Shown here in pieces: positions 24,560-39,700 of a DNA stretch of 64,000 bases. Origin of the DNA: Lama guanicoe (lineage: Eukaryota); NCBI GenBank assembly GCA_013239625.1, contig MU053588.1, forward strand, positions 397,988 through 461,987. Reading direction: 5' to 3'. The first letter of the stretch is position 1. Every line of letters starts with the position of its first letter. Both the position numbers and the translations under genes were made by a program. Below the pieces are notes generated by a model. The model was not told the DNA's origin. It saw only the letters and a list, made by a program, of their open reading frames with translations, and did not search any database.

Positions 24560-26351
24560 AATTGTGGAACAAATTCAAAGTATGCTTTGGCAAAAAAGAA
24601 AGTTTGATAATGTAGCTTGTTGAAAGACTATAGGTAAATAAGTCTCTTTCACACAGCCAGGTTAGCAAATAAAAATGATACAACCACCAGAAACAGGTAT
24701 TTGTCAGTTTGTAGCAAAATTTATCCTTTGAACCAGCAATCCCAGTTGTACGAACCCAAACATATACTCTCTGGAAAGAATCTGAAAATATTTATACAGA
24801 GGGCATCACACCATCACAGAACTCTTTGTAAGAGCAAATGAGTAGAACTAATCTAAATAGCCACCAGAATGGTATCACTTGAACTCATTGTAGTATAGAA
24901 GTACAACAGAGTTCTATGCAACTATATGAAGAAATGAGAAGCATCTATATATTCCTATGGAGTGATCTCCATGACATATTCTTTCAAAGTGAAATAGCAA
25001 GGTGGAATAAACTCTATCTACGGTATGCTACCATTTATATAAGGAAGGGAATTCATGAAGAATATATACAGAAACGTTCACATTGAATACAAACAATTAA
25101 AGTATAAACCATAAAGTTTATAAGCTATTTCCTTTGTTGGAGGGAATGAAAGCAGTGGGAGGGGACAAGAATGGAAGCCAGATATCTAAGAATATATGCT
25201 ATTTTGTAGATCTGACATTGAAACTGTAAATATTTTATAAAATTGTAAAACAAATTAAATAATAAATCCAAAAATGTAAAAAGCAAAATTGAATAGATGA
25301 ACCTTGTTAGGCATTGGGTTGTGCCATAAGCAGAGACAGAAAATAATTCTAACACTGCTGAAATATAAGATTTGATTGCACATTACTAGTGGGTTACCAG
25401 AGACACTATTGAAAAAGTTGCATGGTAGTGATGGGAGTACTCTTATTACTTAAAATGTTCAATATATTTTATGTACATTTTCTGAAAAAGATAACTGAAA
25501 AAATAGGAGAAACAAAAGGGAATCATCTCAATGCATCTGATGAAGTTGGATATAAAATGAGACAAGGACAGTATTAGGAAGAAAAATTATGATTCAGTCT
25601 CAGGAATGTAGATGTACAGATTCTAAACAAAATATTACCAAATTAGATCTAGTAATTTAATTTAAAAAAACCTTCATGATCAATTGTATTCATTCTAGGA
25701 GTATCAGGTTAAAACATAAGAACATTTGTTAATGTTAAGTCACTATATTAAAGGGAAATGATGATCCCAGAAGAAAAAATAATTAAATAAAATTCAACAT
25801 CCAATCATAAACTAAACTCTTATAACATATGAACAAAATAGAATTTCTTTATACTAATGAAGTGTATTCTTATAAAAATACAGCAAAAATACAAATAACA
25901 ATGAAAGTTTAAAATCAAGTCCAAATTCACTTTGTGGTATTCTTTCCCCAAACCAGAAAATCGAATCTAATCATCGGGAAAACATCAGACCAATACAAAT
26001 TGAGAGAGATTCTACAAAATACCTAACATTTTGTCATAACTGTCAAGTTCATAAAAATAAGAAAAAACTAAGAAACTGTCACAGACCAAAAGATATGACA
26101 AAAGAAAAAAGACATTAATGTACAAATGAACTGATTTACAAAACAAAAACAGACAGAAAACAGACATAGAAAACAAACCAAAGGGGAAGCAGAGGGAGGG
26201 ATAAATTAGGAGTATGGGATTAACAAATACACAATACCATATATAAAATAGATAAACATCAAGGATTTACTGTATATCACAGGGAACTATATTCAGTATC
26301 TTGTAATAACCTATAATGGAAAAGAATCTGAAAAAGAATTATATATATATA

Positions 26352-26382
<31 letters not shown>

Positions 26383-28615
26383 ATCACTTTGATGTACACC
26401 TGAAACTAAAACAATATTGTAAATCAACTATACTTTAAAAAAGACATTAATGGAAAAATAGAGAATCTGAATACATTCTGCAGTATAGTCAATAATAATA
26501 ACGTACTAATCTTGGGTTCTTAGTTTTGACAAATATACCACAATAATATAGAGGAAACTGATATTGGGTGAGAGGTATATGGGAATTCTCTGTACTATTT
26601 TTGAAACTTTTATGTAACTATAAATTTATTTTAACATTTAAAAAGAAAAGAAAAATTATGCCTATACAGTCATGAAAAAAGATGAAGACAGAAAGTAACA
26701 CTACTTCTATTGAACATTTCCTGGAAGGTGTACCCACTGCAGTAAGATTAGAAAGAGGCACCCAAGTTACAAGCATAGGAAAGCAAGAAAGAAAACTAAA
26801 AATATTTGCAAATTTCATGATTAGTGAAGACTCTACTAATTATTGAATAATTAGTTTTACTAATTAATGAGTTATGACAAAAATCAACACATAAAACATC
26901 AAGAAAGAAAAGTTGATTTTACATAGCTTTTCAATTTTTGCTACTGTATCTATATATGGAATGACTTCCACAACATCCTGTAAATAATAATAATAAAAAG
27001 ATCAATATGATAAAAAAGCCTCTAGCCAGGCAAACTAAGGGAAAAAAAGAGAGAGACGACCTGAGAATGAGATAAATAAAATAATGGACATCACTACAGA
27101 TCTCATGGACTTAAAATGATAATAAAGAAATATTATGAACAACCCTATGCCCACAAATTTTATAACCTAGGTGAAACAGAACAATTCCCTGAAAGACACA
27201 AAATGCCAAAACTTACTCAGATGAAACAATCTGAACAGGTGACAATGTATAAATGAAATTTAATCAATAATTAATAACTTTCCAAAATAGAGGGTACCAG
27301 GCCCAGATGGGTTCACTGGTGAATTCTATCAAAAAATTAAGGAAGAAATTATTCCAATTCTCTATCATCTCAGAGGATAGAAGCAGAAGGAATACTTCCT
27401 AACTCCATTTTATGGGACCAGTATTACCATAATATCAAAACCAGACAAGACTTACAAGAAAAAAACTACAGACCAGTATATCTCATGAATATAGATGCAA
27501 AAATTCTCAAGAAAATATCTGCAATTAAATTCAATAATATCTAAAAAGAATTATGCACCAGAACGAAATAGGATTAATCCCAGGTATAAAAAGCTGGTTC
27601 AACCTTTGAAAATCAATTAATGTAACCCATCACACCAACAGACTAAAGAAAAATCACATAATCATATCAATAGATGCAGAAAAAGTGTTTGACAAACATT
27701 CATGATAAACTCCATAAACTAGGAACAGAGGGGAACTTCCTCGACTTGAATCTGAAGGAATCAACAACAACAAAAAAATCTCCTAGAACTACATATGGGA
27801 TTATAGCAAGGTTAAAGATTAAAAGGTTAATATACAAAAGTCAATCACTTTCCTATATACCAGTAATGAACAAGTGGATTTTAAAATTAAAACCAATATG
27901 ACTTACATTAGCACCCCCCCAAAACAAAACACTCAAGGTATAAATCTAACAATAGGTACAAGAGCTATATGAGGAAAACTACAAAACTCTGATGAGTGAA
28001 ATCAAAGAAGAACTAAACAAATGGAAAGATGTTCCGTGTTCATGAATGAGAAACTTAAATACTGTCAAGATGTCACTCCTTCCCATCTTGTCTATAGATT
28101 CAATGCAGCCCAAATCAAAATTTCAGCAATTTATTTTGTGGATGTTAAGTTGATTGTATCATTTATATGAACAAGCAAAAGGCCCAGAATGGCCAACACA
28201 ATAGTGAAGAGAAACAAAGTTGGAGGACTGACACTACAGACTTCAAAATTTACAGTAATAATACAGCAATTAAAATAATGTGGTAGTGGCAAAAGAAAAG
28301 AGAAACGGATCAGTGGAACAGAACAGAGGGCCCATAAATTGTTCCTCATAAATACAGTCAACTGATCTTTGACAAAGGAGCAAAGCAATACAATAGAACA
28401 AAGATAGTCTTTTCAACAAATAATGCTGAAAAAACTGGATATCCACTTTAAAAAATGAATCTAGATTAAAAATTAAATGTATTACATTTCCTAAAAATAA
28501 ACTACAAAAATTAATTAAAAATGAATCATAGACCTACATACAGAATGTAAAACTATAAAACTCCTAAAGATAACACAGAAGAAAATCTAAATGATTCTGG
28601 GTTTGGTGATGACCT
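24560..28615 (+). mobile_element. Stack of L1 fragments including an ORF2 RT segment (about 27050-28615) and a younger L1 3' end (about 26120-26440)
   Basis: 'ggcccagatgggttcactggtgaattctatcaa', 'atgaatatagatgcaaaaattctcaa', 'gggataaattaggagtatgggattaacaaatacaca'. Confidence 0.8.
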
Positions 28616-29962
28616 CTTTTTACTAGTTTTTAAAAAAATTTTAAATTTTATTTTATATCTTTATTGAGGTATAGTTCGTTTATAATATTATATTAGTTTG
28701 GGTTTACAGCATAGTGATTCATCATTTTTATAGATTATACTCTATTAAAAGTTATTACAAAACAATGGCTACAATTCCATGTGTTGTACAACATATCCTT
28801 GTTGCTTATCTATTTTATATGTAGTAATTTGTATCTCTGAATTCCAAACACCTATCTTCCCCCCCCTTCTTTCCTCTTCCCCACTGGTAACCACTAGTTT
28901 GTTCTCTATATCTGTGCATCTGCTTTGTTTTGGTATATACATTCATTCATTTTATTTTTTAGATTCCACATTTAAATGATATCATACTTTGTATTTTACT
29001 GCCTTATTTTACTAAGCATAATATTCTCTAGGTCCATCCATGTTGCTGCCAATGGCAGAATTTCATTCTCTTTTATGGCTGAGTAATATTCCATTTTATA
29101 TACATATCTATATCTATATCTATCACATCTTCTTTATCCATTCCTTGCTGATGGACACTTAGGTTGCTTCCATATCTTGGCTATTGTAAATCGTGCTGCT
29201 ATGAACATTAGGGTGCATGTATCTTTTAGAATTAGTGTTTTCAGTTTTTATGGATATATACTCAGGAGTAGAACTGTTGATTCATATGGTAGTTCTACTT
29301 CTAGTTTTGTGAAGAACCTCCATACTGTTCTCCATAGGTGGCTGCACCAATATGCATTCTGACCAGCAGTGTACAAGGGATCCCTTTTCTCCACGTCCTC
29401 ATCACATTTGTTATTTGTAGACTTTTTGATGATAGCGATTCTGACAGGTGTGAGTTGATATCTCATTGTGGTTTTGTATTTCTTTAATAATTAGTGATGT
29501 TGTGCGTCTTTTCATGGGCCTGTTAGCCATCTGTATGTCTTCTTTGGAAAAAGTCTGTTCAGGTCTTCTGCCTATTTTTTTTTATTGGATTGTTTGGGTT
29601 TTTGGGTTTTTTTTGATGTTGAGTTGTATGAGCTGTTTATATATTTTGAATATTAACCCCTTGTATGTCTATCATTTGCAAATACTTTCTCCCATTCAGT
29701 AGGTTGTCTTTTTGTTTTGTCAATGGTTTCCTTTGCTGTGCAAAAGCTTTTAAGTTTAATTAGGTCTCATTTGTTTATTTCATTTTTTCCCCCTTAGGAG
29801 ACAGGTCCAAAAAAAAAAAATACTGCTACAATTCATGTCAGAGTGTTCTGCCTATGTTCTCTTCTAGGAGTTTTAAGGTTTCAGGTCTTACATTTAGGTT
29901 TTTAAAACATTTTGAGTTTATTTTTATACATGGTGTGAGGAAATGTTCTAACCTCATTATTT

Positions 29963-30114
29963 CAGAACTTATTTTAGATTTTTTTGTATAATTTTATTTA
30001 TTTATAGGAGTTAATTAGGTTTATTCCTTTATTTTCTAATGGAGGTACTGGGGATTGAACCCAGGACCTTGTGCATGTTAAGCATGCACTCTACCACTGA
30101 GCTATATCCTCCCC
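29963..30114 (-). mobile_element. tRNA-Ala-derived SINE inserted in L1 ORF2
   Basis: Reverse strand GGGGAGGATATAGCTCAGTGGTAGAGTGCATGCTTAACATGCACAAGGTCCTGGGTTCAATCCCCAGTACCTCC; TSD tctaa(cc/ta)tcattattt at 29947 and 30115. Confidence 0.9.
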
Positions 30115-31798
30115 TCTAATATCATTATTTTAATTGTAGCTGTCCAGCTTTCCCAGCATCACTTATTGGTGAAGAGAGTGTCCTTTCTCCATTGTATATT
30201 CTTGCCTTCTTTGTCATAAGTTAATTGATCTAAGTGTGCATTCATTGCTTTCCTTTCTGTTCCATTGATCTGAGTGTCTGTTTTTGTCCAGTACCACACT
30301 GCTTTGATTACCGTGGTTTTGTAGTATAGTCCTAAGTCTGGGAGGGTGGTTCCTCTGGCTTTATTCTTTTTTCTCAAGATTGCTTTGGCATTTCAGGGTC
30401 TTTCATGATTAAATATAAATTCTAGGATTATTTGCCCTAGTTCTGTGGAAAATGACACAGGTATTTTGATCAGGATTCCATTAAATCTGTAGATTACCTT
30501 GGTTAGTATGACTATTTTAACAATATTAATTCTTACAACCCAAGAGCATGGGATATTTTTCCATTTCTTTGTATCATTTTCAATTTACTTAATCAGTGTT
30601 TTATAGTTTTCTGAGTATAGGTCTTTCATCTCCTTGGTTAAGTTTGTTCATAGATATTTTACTCTTTTTGATGTGACTTTAAATAGGATTGTCTTTAAAA
30701 ATTTCTCTTTCTGCTAGTTGATTATTAGTGTATAGAAAACCAACAAATTTATATATATTAACCTTCTATCCTGCAACTTCACTGAATTCATGTATTACTT
30801 CTAACAGTTTTGTGGTGGAAACTTTAGGGTTTTCTATATAAAGCATCATGTCATTTACAAATAGTGATAGTTTTACTTCTTTACTTCCACTTGTATGCTT
30901 TTTATTTATTTTTCTTGTCTGGTTGTTATGATTGGACTTCCAAAACTATGTTAAACAGAAATGACAAGAGTCTGCATCTTTGCTTTGTTTCTGAATTCAG
31001 GAAAGTCTTTCAGCTTTACACCATTGAGTATGATGTTAGCTCTGAGTTTTTCATGAATGGAGTTTATTATGTTGAGATATGTTCCCTCTATACCAGTTTG
31101 ATAAGTTTTTATCATGAATGAATGTTGATTCATTCATAATTTTGTCAAAAATTTTTTCTGTGTCTATTGGCATAATCATGTGATTTTTATCCTTTTTGTT
31201 AATGATGTGTATCATATCAATTGATTTGCAAATATTGAACCATCCTTGCATTCCTGGAATAAATCCCACTTGATTGTGGTGTATATTCCTTTTTATATAC
31301 TGTTGGATTCTGTTTGCTAATATTTTGTGGAGGATTTTTTTGAATCCATATTCATCAAAGGTATTGACCTGTATTTTCTAAAAAATATCTTTGGTTTTAA
31401 TATCAGATTGATGGTGGCCTCACAGAATGTATTTGGGAGTGTTCCCTCCTCATCAATCTTTTAGAATAGTTTGAGAAAGATAGGTATACATTTTTCTTTG
31501 TATGTTTGGTAGAATTTCCCTGTGAAGCCATCCAGACCTATACTTTTGTTTGCTGAGAGTTTTATGATTACAAATTCAATCTCACTGCTAGTGATCTGTT
31601 TGTTCAAATTATCTGTTTCTTCTTGATTTAGTCTTGGCAGGTTCCATGCTTTTAGAAATTTGTTCATTTCTTCTAGGTTGTCCAATTTTTTGGCATATAA
31701 TTGTTCATAATATTTTCTTATGATTTTTTTGTATCTCTGTGATGCCAGTTATTATTTCTCCTCTTTTATTTCTTGTTTTCTTTATTTGATCCTCTCTC

Positions 31799-31877
31799 CT
31801 TTTTTTAACATTTTTTATTGATTTATAATCATTTTACAATGTTGTGTCAAATTCCAGTGTTCAGCACAATTTTTCAA
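31799..31877 (-). mobile_element. Short 5'-truncated young L1 3' tail nested in the older L1
   Basis: T-rich tail plus 'ttattgatttataatcattttacaatgttgtgtcaaattccagtg'; perfect TSD gatcctctctc at 31788 and 31878. Confidence 0.8.
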
Positions 31878-34800
31878 GATCCTCTCTCTTCTTGCTGAGG
31901 CTGGCTAAAGGTTTATCAATTTTGTTTATCTTTTCAAAAAAACAGCTCTTATTTTTGTTGATCTTTTCTTTTTTTGGTTTCTATTTTATGTATTTCCCTT
32001 CTGACCTTTATTATGTCCTTCTTCTGCTGACTTTGGGCTTTTTTTTTCCTAATACCTTTATGTGTTAGGTTAGATTGATTACTTGAGATTTTTCCTGTTT
32101 CTTGAAGAAGGCCTATATTGCTATAAACATCCCTCTTAGTACTGCTTTTCCTGCATCCCATAGATTATAGAGAGTTGGGTCTCCATTTTCATTTGTCTCG
32201 AGGTACTTTCTGGTTTCCTCTTTGATTTCTTCATTGACCCATTTGTTTCACATTAGCCCATTGTTTAGTCTCTATGTATTTATTCTTTTTTCATTTTTCT
32301 TTCTCTAGTTGATTTCTAGTTTTATACTGTTGTGGTTAGGGAAAATGCTTGATTTAATTTCTATCCTCTTAAACTTGCTGAGAATGTTTTGTGGCTTAGC
32401 ATGTGATCTATTCTGGAAAATGTTCCATGTGCAATTGAAAAGAATGTATATTCTGCTGTTTTGGGATATAGTGTCCTGTAGATATACAGTAAGTCCAACT
32501 GGTCTGTTGTGTCATTTAAGGCCACAGCTGCCTTACTGATCTTCTGTATGGATAATCTGTTCATTGATTTAAGTGGGGTATTAAAGTACTCTACTACTAT
32601 TGTCTTATTGTTAGTTTCTCCCTTTATGTCTGTTAGTATTTGCTTTATTTATTTAGATGCTCCTGTAATGGGTGCATATGTATTAATAAGTGTAATATCC
32701 TCTTCTTGTATTGATCCCTTTATCAGTATATAACTCCCTTCTTTGTCTTTTGGTATAGCCTTTGTTTTAAAGTATATTTTTTTCTGATGTAAGTACTGAT
32801 GCCCTCACTTTCTTGTCATTACTATTTGCATGAAATGTCTTCTCCCACCCCCTCACTTTCAGTCTGTGTCTCTATCTCTGAAATGAGTCTCTTGTAGGCA
32901 GCATATAGATGAATCTTGTTTTTATCCAATTAGCCACTCTATGTCTTTTGATTGGAGCATTTAGTTCATTGACATTTAAAGTAATTATTGATAGATATGT
33001 ACTTACTCCCATTTTATTACTTGTTTTCTAGTTGTTTTTGTAGTTCTCTGTTCATTTCTTATTCTTTGTTTCTTCCCTTGTGAGTTCATGATTTTCTTTA
33101 GTTATTTGCTTGTGTTCCTTCCTTTTTAGTGTTTGTGTATCTACTGTGGTTTTGATTTGTGGTTAGCACAGGGTTCATATATGTTGACCTATAACTATAT
33201 CTACTTGTTTTAAACTGATAGTCATTTAAATTCAAACAAATTCTAAAAGATCTACATTTTTACACTCCTCCTGGCATTTTGTGTTATTGATGTCATATTT
33301 TATATCTTCATATTTATCCCTTAACTATTTATTGTAGTTATATTTGCTTTTACTTTTTTTGGTCTTTTAATCTTCATTTTGGCTTATTTCAGTGGTTGAT
33401 CCTAGTCCTTACTATATTTTTGCCTTTCATAGTGGAATTTTCCTTTTCCTATAGATTCTTACTGCTTTTCCACTTAAAGACTCTTAAACATTTCCTTAGG
33501 GTAGGTTTAGCATTAACTCTTTTAGTTTTTGCTTCTCTGGGAAGTTCTTTATTTCTCCTTCAATTCTAAATGATAATCTTGCTGGGTAGAGTATACTAAG
33601 TTGCAGGTTTTCCCCCTTCAGCACTTTGAATATGTCATGCCACTCCCTTTAGATCTGGAAATGCAGAAAAACTGGCTGATAGCCTTATGCGGATTCCCTT
33701 GTAGAGACCCTTGTTTTTCTCTTCCTACCTTAAGAATATTGTTTTTATCTTTAATTTTTGCCATTTTAATTATGATGTGTCTTAGTGTGGGTCTGTTTGG
33801 GTTCATCTTGTTTGAGACCCTCTCTGCTTCCTGTACCTGAATATCTGTTTCTTTCTTCAGGTTTAGGATGTTTTTGGCCATAATTTCCTCAAACATATTT
33901 TTGGTTCCCTTCTCTGTCTCTTCTTCCTCTGGAACCTGTATAATGTGAATGCTGGTATGCTTAATGTTATCCCAAATGTCATCCCTCTTAAATTGTTCTC
34001 ACTGTTTAAAATTTGCTTTTATTTTGGCAGTTGTAATTGGGTCATTTCCATTATTCTATGTTCCAGATCTTATGTATTCTTCTATGTCATTTAGTCTGCT
34101 ATTCATTCCTTCTAGCATGTTTTTTAGTTCAATTTCTTAATTCTTTAGAGGTTAGAGCTGGAGCTGGGATTGAGGTGGGACTTCCTCTCTGTTCAGTAGC
34201 CATCACTGCCCTACTGGTTGTGGCTGGGGTGGGGGGAATCTGATCCTAAGTTGTTGGAGCGGAAGCCTGAGAGTCAGGGCCAAGGTGGATCTGTTTCCTT
34301 TAAGTGTGTGTTTTCTAGCATCAGGACCCTCATCCCAGGTTGGGGGTGGGGTGCCAAAACAAGATTGGGCCTGCATGGGTTCTCAGCCCATGCTGGCTGC
34401 AGATGTCTGACTGTCTCCAATGTGCTGCCTGTCCAGGCACCAGCAATTGTTTCCCTTGCTCTGCTCAGCTGGTAAAGCTCATCTTACTCTCTCCAATGCA
34501 TTCAAACATTTTGTTTTCCTGCTTCAACAGAGTGCTGGAAACTTGGACTTCTACAAATGCTCTCTTTTGTAAGTATCTGCCCAAATCAGCTCTCTTCAGG
34601 TTTACCATGATCATGGCCAAGAGGGGCTGGGGCTGGTTCACAGACTCCTGCTGGCTTCACAGCCTATACTGAGGACTTTCTGCCTATTACTTGATACATA
34701 GGTGTGTGAGACTCCTCTCAGGTCCCTTGGTATATACACATAACTCCCACAGAGGCAATTTGTGGATCGATGCCAAGTTTTAGCTGTTACAAGGGGAGGT

Positions 34801-36392
34801 GTATGCAAAATGGAGGGGCATCTTATGCCACCACGAGGCTGATGTTATTCTTCAGTGTTCAGATTTATGAAGGAGCTATCCTATTTTTGTTTTCACCTTG
34901 GTCTAAGTTTGACGGTGCACTTTCCTTCTTATACTTCACAATATTTATTTTTCTTTAAGAGGAATTATTCCTTGTAAAATAAAGAATAAATGTTGATCAA
35001 GCTTTTCCTATATTCACTTACATAAATGTCTTTTTTTCCTTAATGTCTTTGATGTTGAATAAGGTATAGATCATGGTTAAAAGTTTATCCATACATAACA
35101 AACACTCAGAAGATAACAATGGTGATGGCTAAACTAACCAAGTGTTTATTATGTGATGTGCATAATTGTAGAATCCATGTAAGAAGCCTCTGGGGTATAC
35201 TAATTATGCCCACATTACCATAAACACATCATGTATGTCTAGAAAAGGATCTGGAAGAATAAGTAAGTTGGTTAACATTGGGGAAGTAACTGAGGTCAGG
35301 GATGTTGGTCAAAGAGAAGCACAGCTTTACCTATAATGCATAAATCATTAAAAGCAGAAGAGATCCACATATTATCTCTAAAATGAACAACAAATAAAGT
35401 AGACACAATCAAAAAGGGCCAACCAGGTAACTCTTTATAATAGCAAGATTTTCAGTATTTGACAAAATAGGGTTTGATAAAAACAGTTGAATATTTTCAA
35501 GCCAATAAAATAGTAACAATATATTTACAGACAAAGAATTTTAAAGGCTGGTTGTAGAATAATCACACTTTCTTTCAAAAACAAAGCAGATATAATTTTA
35601 AAGGATTTTTCCCAAAAACTTGACTGTGATTGTCTATGACTGGTAAGACTACAGATAACTGTATCCATTTTTTTAAAATTCATATCTACATTTTATGGAG
35701 GAAAATTGTTCTGCAAAAAGGAGAATATAAAGTTTATAAAAGGAAAGTAAAACAATCTTCTGAAACATAAAGTACACATCCATAAGATACTAAAGGATAA
35801 TTAAAAGTAACAGTAACTTAACACAAACAGAGTAAAACACAGATACAAACACAGATATGCAAATTCAAAAAACAAAGGCTGATTTGATATCCAAACTTTA
35901 CATGTATAAAAATATAACTTACCATCAAAAGGCAATAAAAAATACAAAAATAGATATGTGTATTGAATAAATGGTGTTAGGATGAGAAATGAGGGAGGGA
36001 GAAAAGGGGTAAATTTAGACCCTCAATAATAATTTAAAATAATTCTGAAATGGATCAGTAATTCTGTTAAAACCCATAAAAATAAAAAATATTAAAAAGA
36101 AAGTAGCAGGGTTAGCCCCAAAATAAATTTCAAGGCTTAAAATAAAGACAACATATAATAAAAAGGTTTTCAATGTTTAATATTCACAAATATGAATTTT
36201 CTGAAAGTAATGAAAGAATGAATTTAGATAAAAATCTTTAAATATTTTATTCGGTGTTTTTTTGTCTGAATTTCCTCCAACTGACTAAGTGATTATGTAT
36301 AAGTAAGGCATTTGTACCTTCATTACATTTGTAGAGACTCTCACTAGTATGAATTTATGTGTTGTGTGCTTCCTTAACCATATAATTTCAAT

Positions 36393-37865
<1,473 letters not shown>

Positions 37866-38919
37866 TCAGGATGATTCTATTCCATAAATATCCTTTTTCA
37901 GAAATAATTCTTGGTCTCAACCTTGATTCACAGTCTGAAAGAAAATATAAAAACATTCACTTTTTGTGTGTGTGTTCTGGGAGAAATGAAACTTTTATAT
38001 TAGATATGAAAGACTTAACTGAAAGTCATTTTCATGAAAAATGAGTGGCTTAATACAGTTCTCATATATGATTGGGCAATTTAACAAATGGATAAGGAAA
38101 TAGAAAGAATGAGGAGAAACACTAGAAGGTGAAGGAGATATTTAGGAAAACAGATTAAGTCACTTGTACCTAAATAGTGATTTAGTAAACATCCCCCATA
38201 GACATGGGGAAACTGATAAATATAAAGATGTCTAGGCCCCACCTCAATTTTGTTAGAGGATAAGACTAGTGTCATATATAGTTTTAAAAGAACATAATTA
38301 CCCTTTAACCCATTTCTTAGGGTTGTTTAGAGTATTAAGCAACTATACCAGGAAGGAAAAATCTAGGATAAATGGTCATAAATTACATTATCTGAAGGAG
38401 ATAAAAGAGAAAGATACTTCAGATGTAGCAGTATCTTGATGAGAGATTAATGAACTGAATAAGTCTGGAATGAGCAATGGAGAGGGGAGATTCTTTTGTG
38501 GTTAGAATATAGTTTGTTTATGCCATTTGGTAAAATCTATGTTTGCCTACGAAGTCTATGCGGCTAATCTTGGAAGAACAAAAAATAGTACTCTGCAAAG
38601 GCCACAGCAGAGTAACTGAGAATGTAATTTTAAAGTCAGAGAGCAGGGAGGAGAAGATAGGTGAGACTTGTGGAAGATTACAAGGAGGATGCAGATAGAT
38701 GAGGAATCTGAACCCCAGCTCTGATGATTATTGAAATGATTCTGAAATCACATATAATGTTTTTATGCAGTTGAATAAAGTAACCCTACAGTGTTTGGTA
38801 GCTATATTCTGGAAGACTTAAATGTCGTAAAAGAGACCAGCAAAAGAAAAGGATTCAGAGACACCAATTAAGACCCTGAATAAATACCTCAAGTCCCAAA
38901 AGATGAATACATTGCAACC

Positions 38920-39700
38920 CCATTCTCTTTCTACAACACTCAAATAGCAAGCTGGTTTAGACTAGGCCTAAATATGTCTTGAAATTGTTCTTTGCATCTC
39001 CACTGACAATAGCTAATCCTAGCCCAAATAGCCTTTTACTTGGATATTGCAGCAGTATTTTAGCGAGCTGCTGCATTTCCAGCTTTGGACCCTTAGCAGT
39101 CAGAGTGAAATTCAGTCTGGCACTGTTCTGCTCAAAATGCTTCATTGGTTTCCCATTGTCCCTAGGATAAGACCCACACTCCTTAATTTACTCTAAAAAA
39201 TTCCTCCAGGATCTGCCTCCTGCTTGTCTCTTCAAGCTGACACCTCTCTCCCATCAACAGTAAGCTACAGTTACATTGGTCTTCTTAGTTCTTCAAATGC
39301 ACTAAACTGTACCACTCCCCTCCTCAATGATTTCATCTGCCTGAAATATTCTTTCATAGCTCTGTTCCTACTGCCCCACTCTTAAACTTGCAGGTTCCTG
39401 GTCACTGACCTGAACAATACAGATCTTTTCTAAATACTCAGTCTTAAATGTATACATCCTGCCATTACTTCTCAGAGCACTTTTTCTTTTTTATCCCTTT
39501 CTTTGTGTTTTGTCTGGTAATAGGTGATTACACACTTGTCCCCTACAATTGCAAATTTCATATTTGTTTGTATTTTTACTTAATATGTCTGCTACAATAG
39601 AGCCAAGACTCAGGAAGCCAGGAATAAAATCTATTACTTTAATCAACTTGAACACTGGCACATGAAAAAAGATCAAAATACATTTACTGAATGGCTAACA
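38920..39700. mobile_element. L2 LINE fragment
   Basis: 'ctgctcaaaatgcttcattggtttcccattgtccctaggataagaccc' and terminal 'aaatacatttactgaatg'. Confidence 0.6.

Larger units (their letters stand above)
28620..34845 (-). mobile_element. Near full-length, mutationally dead L1 (5' UTR, ORF1, ORF2, 3' UTR)
   Basis: ORF1 piece MFEEIMAKNILNLKKETDIQVQEAERV (33618-33896). Endonuclease pieces (YRTLYPKTAEYTFFS..HGTFSRIDHML). RT pieces ([25 protein letters not shown]). C-terminal MRYQLTPVRIAII. T-rich tail at about 28620. Many stops and frameshifts. Confidence 0.92.

Noticed and set aside
28620..34845. Active L1 or domesticated reverse transcriptase
   Set aside because: ORF1 and ORF2 are broken into pieces under 100 aa and carry nested insertions.
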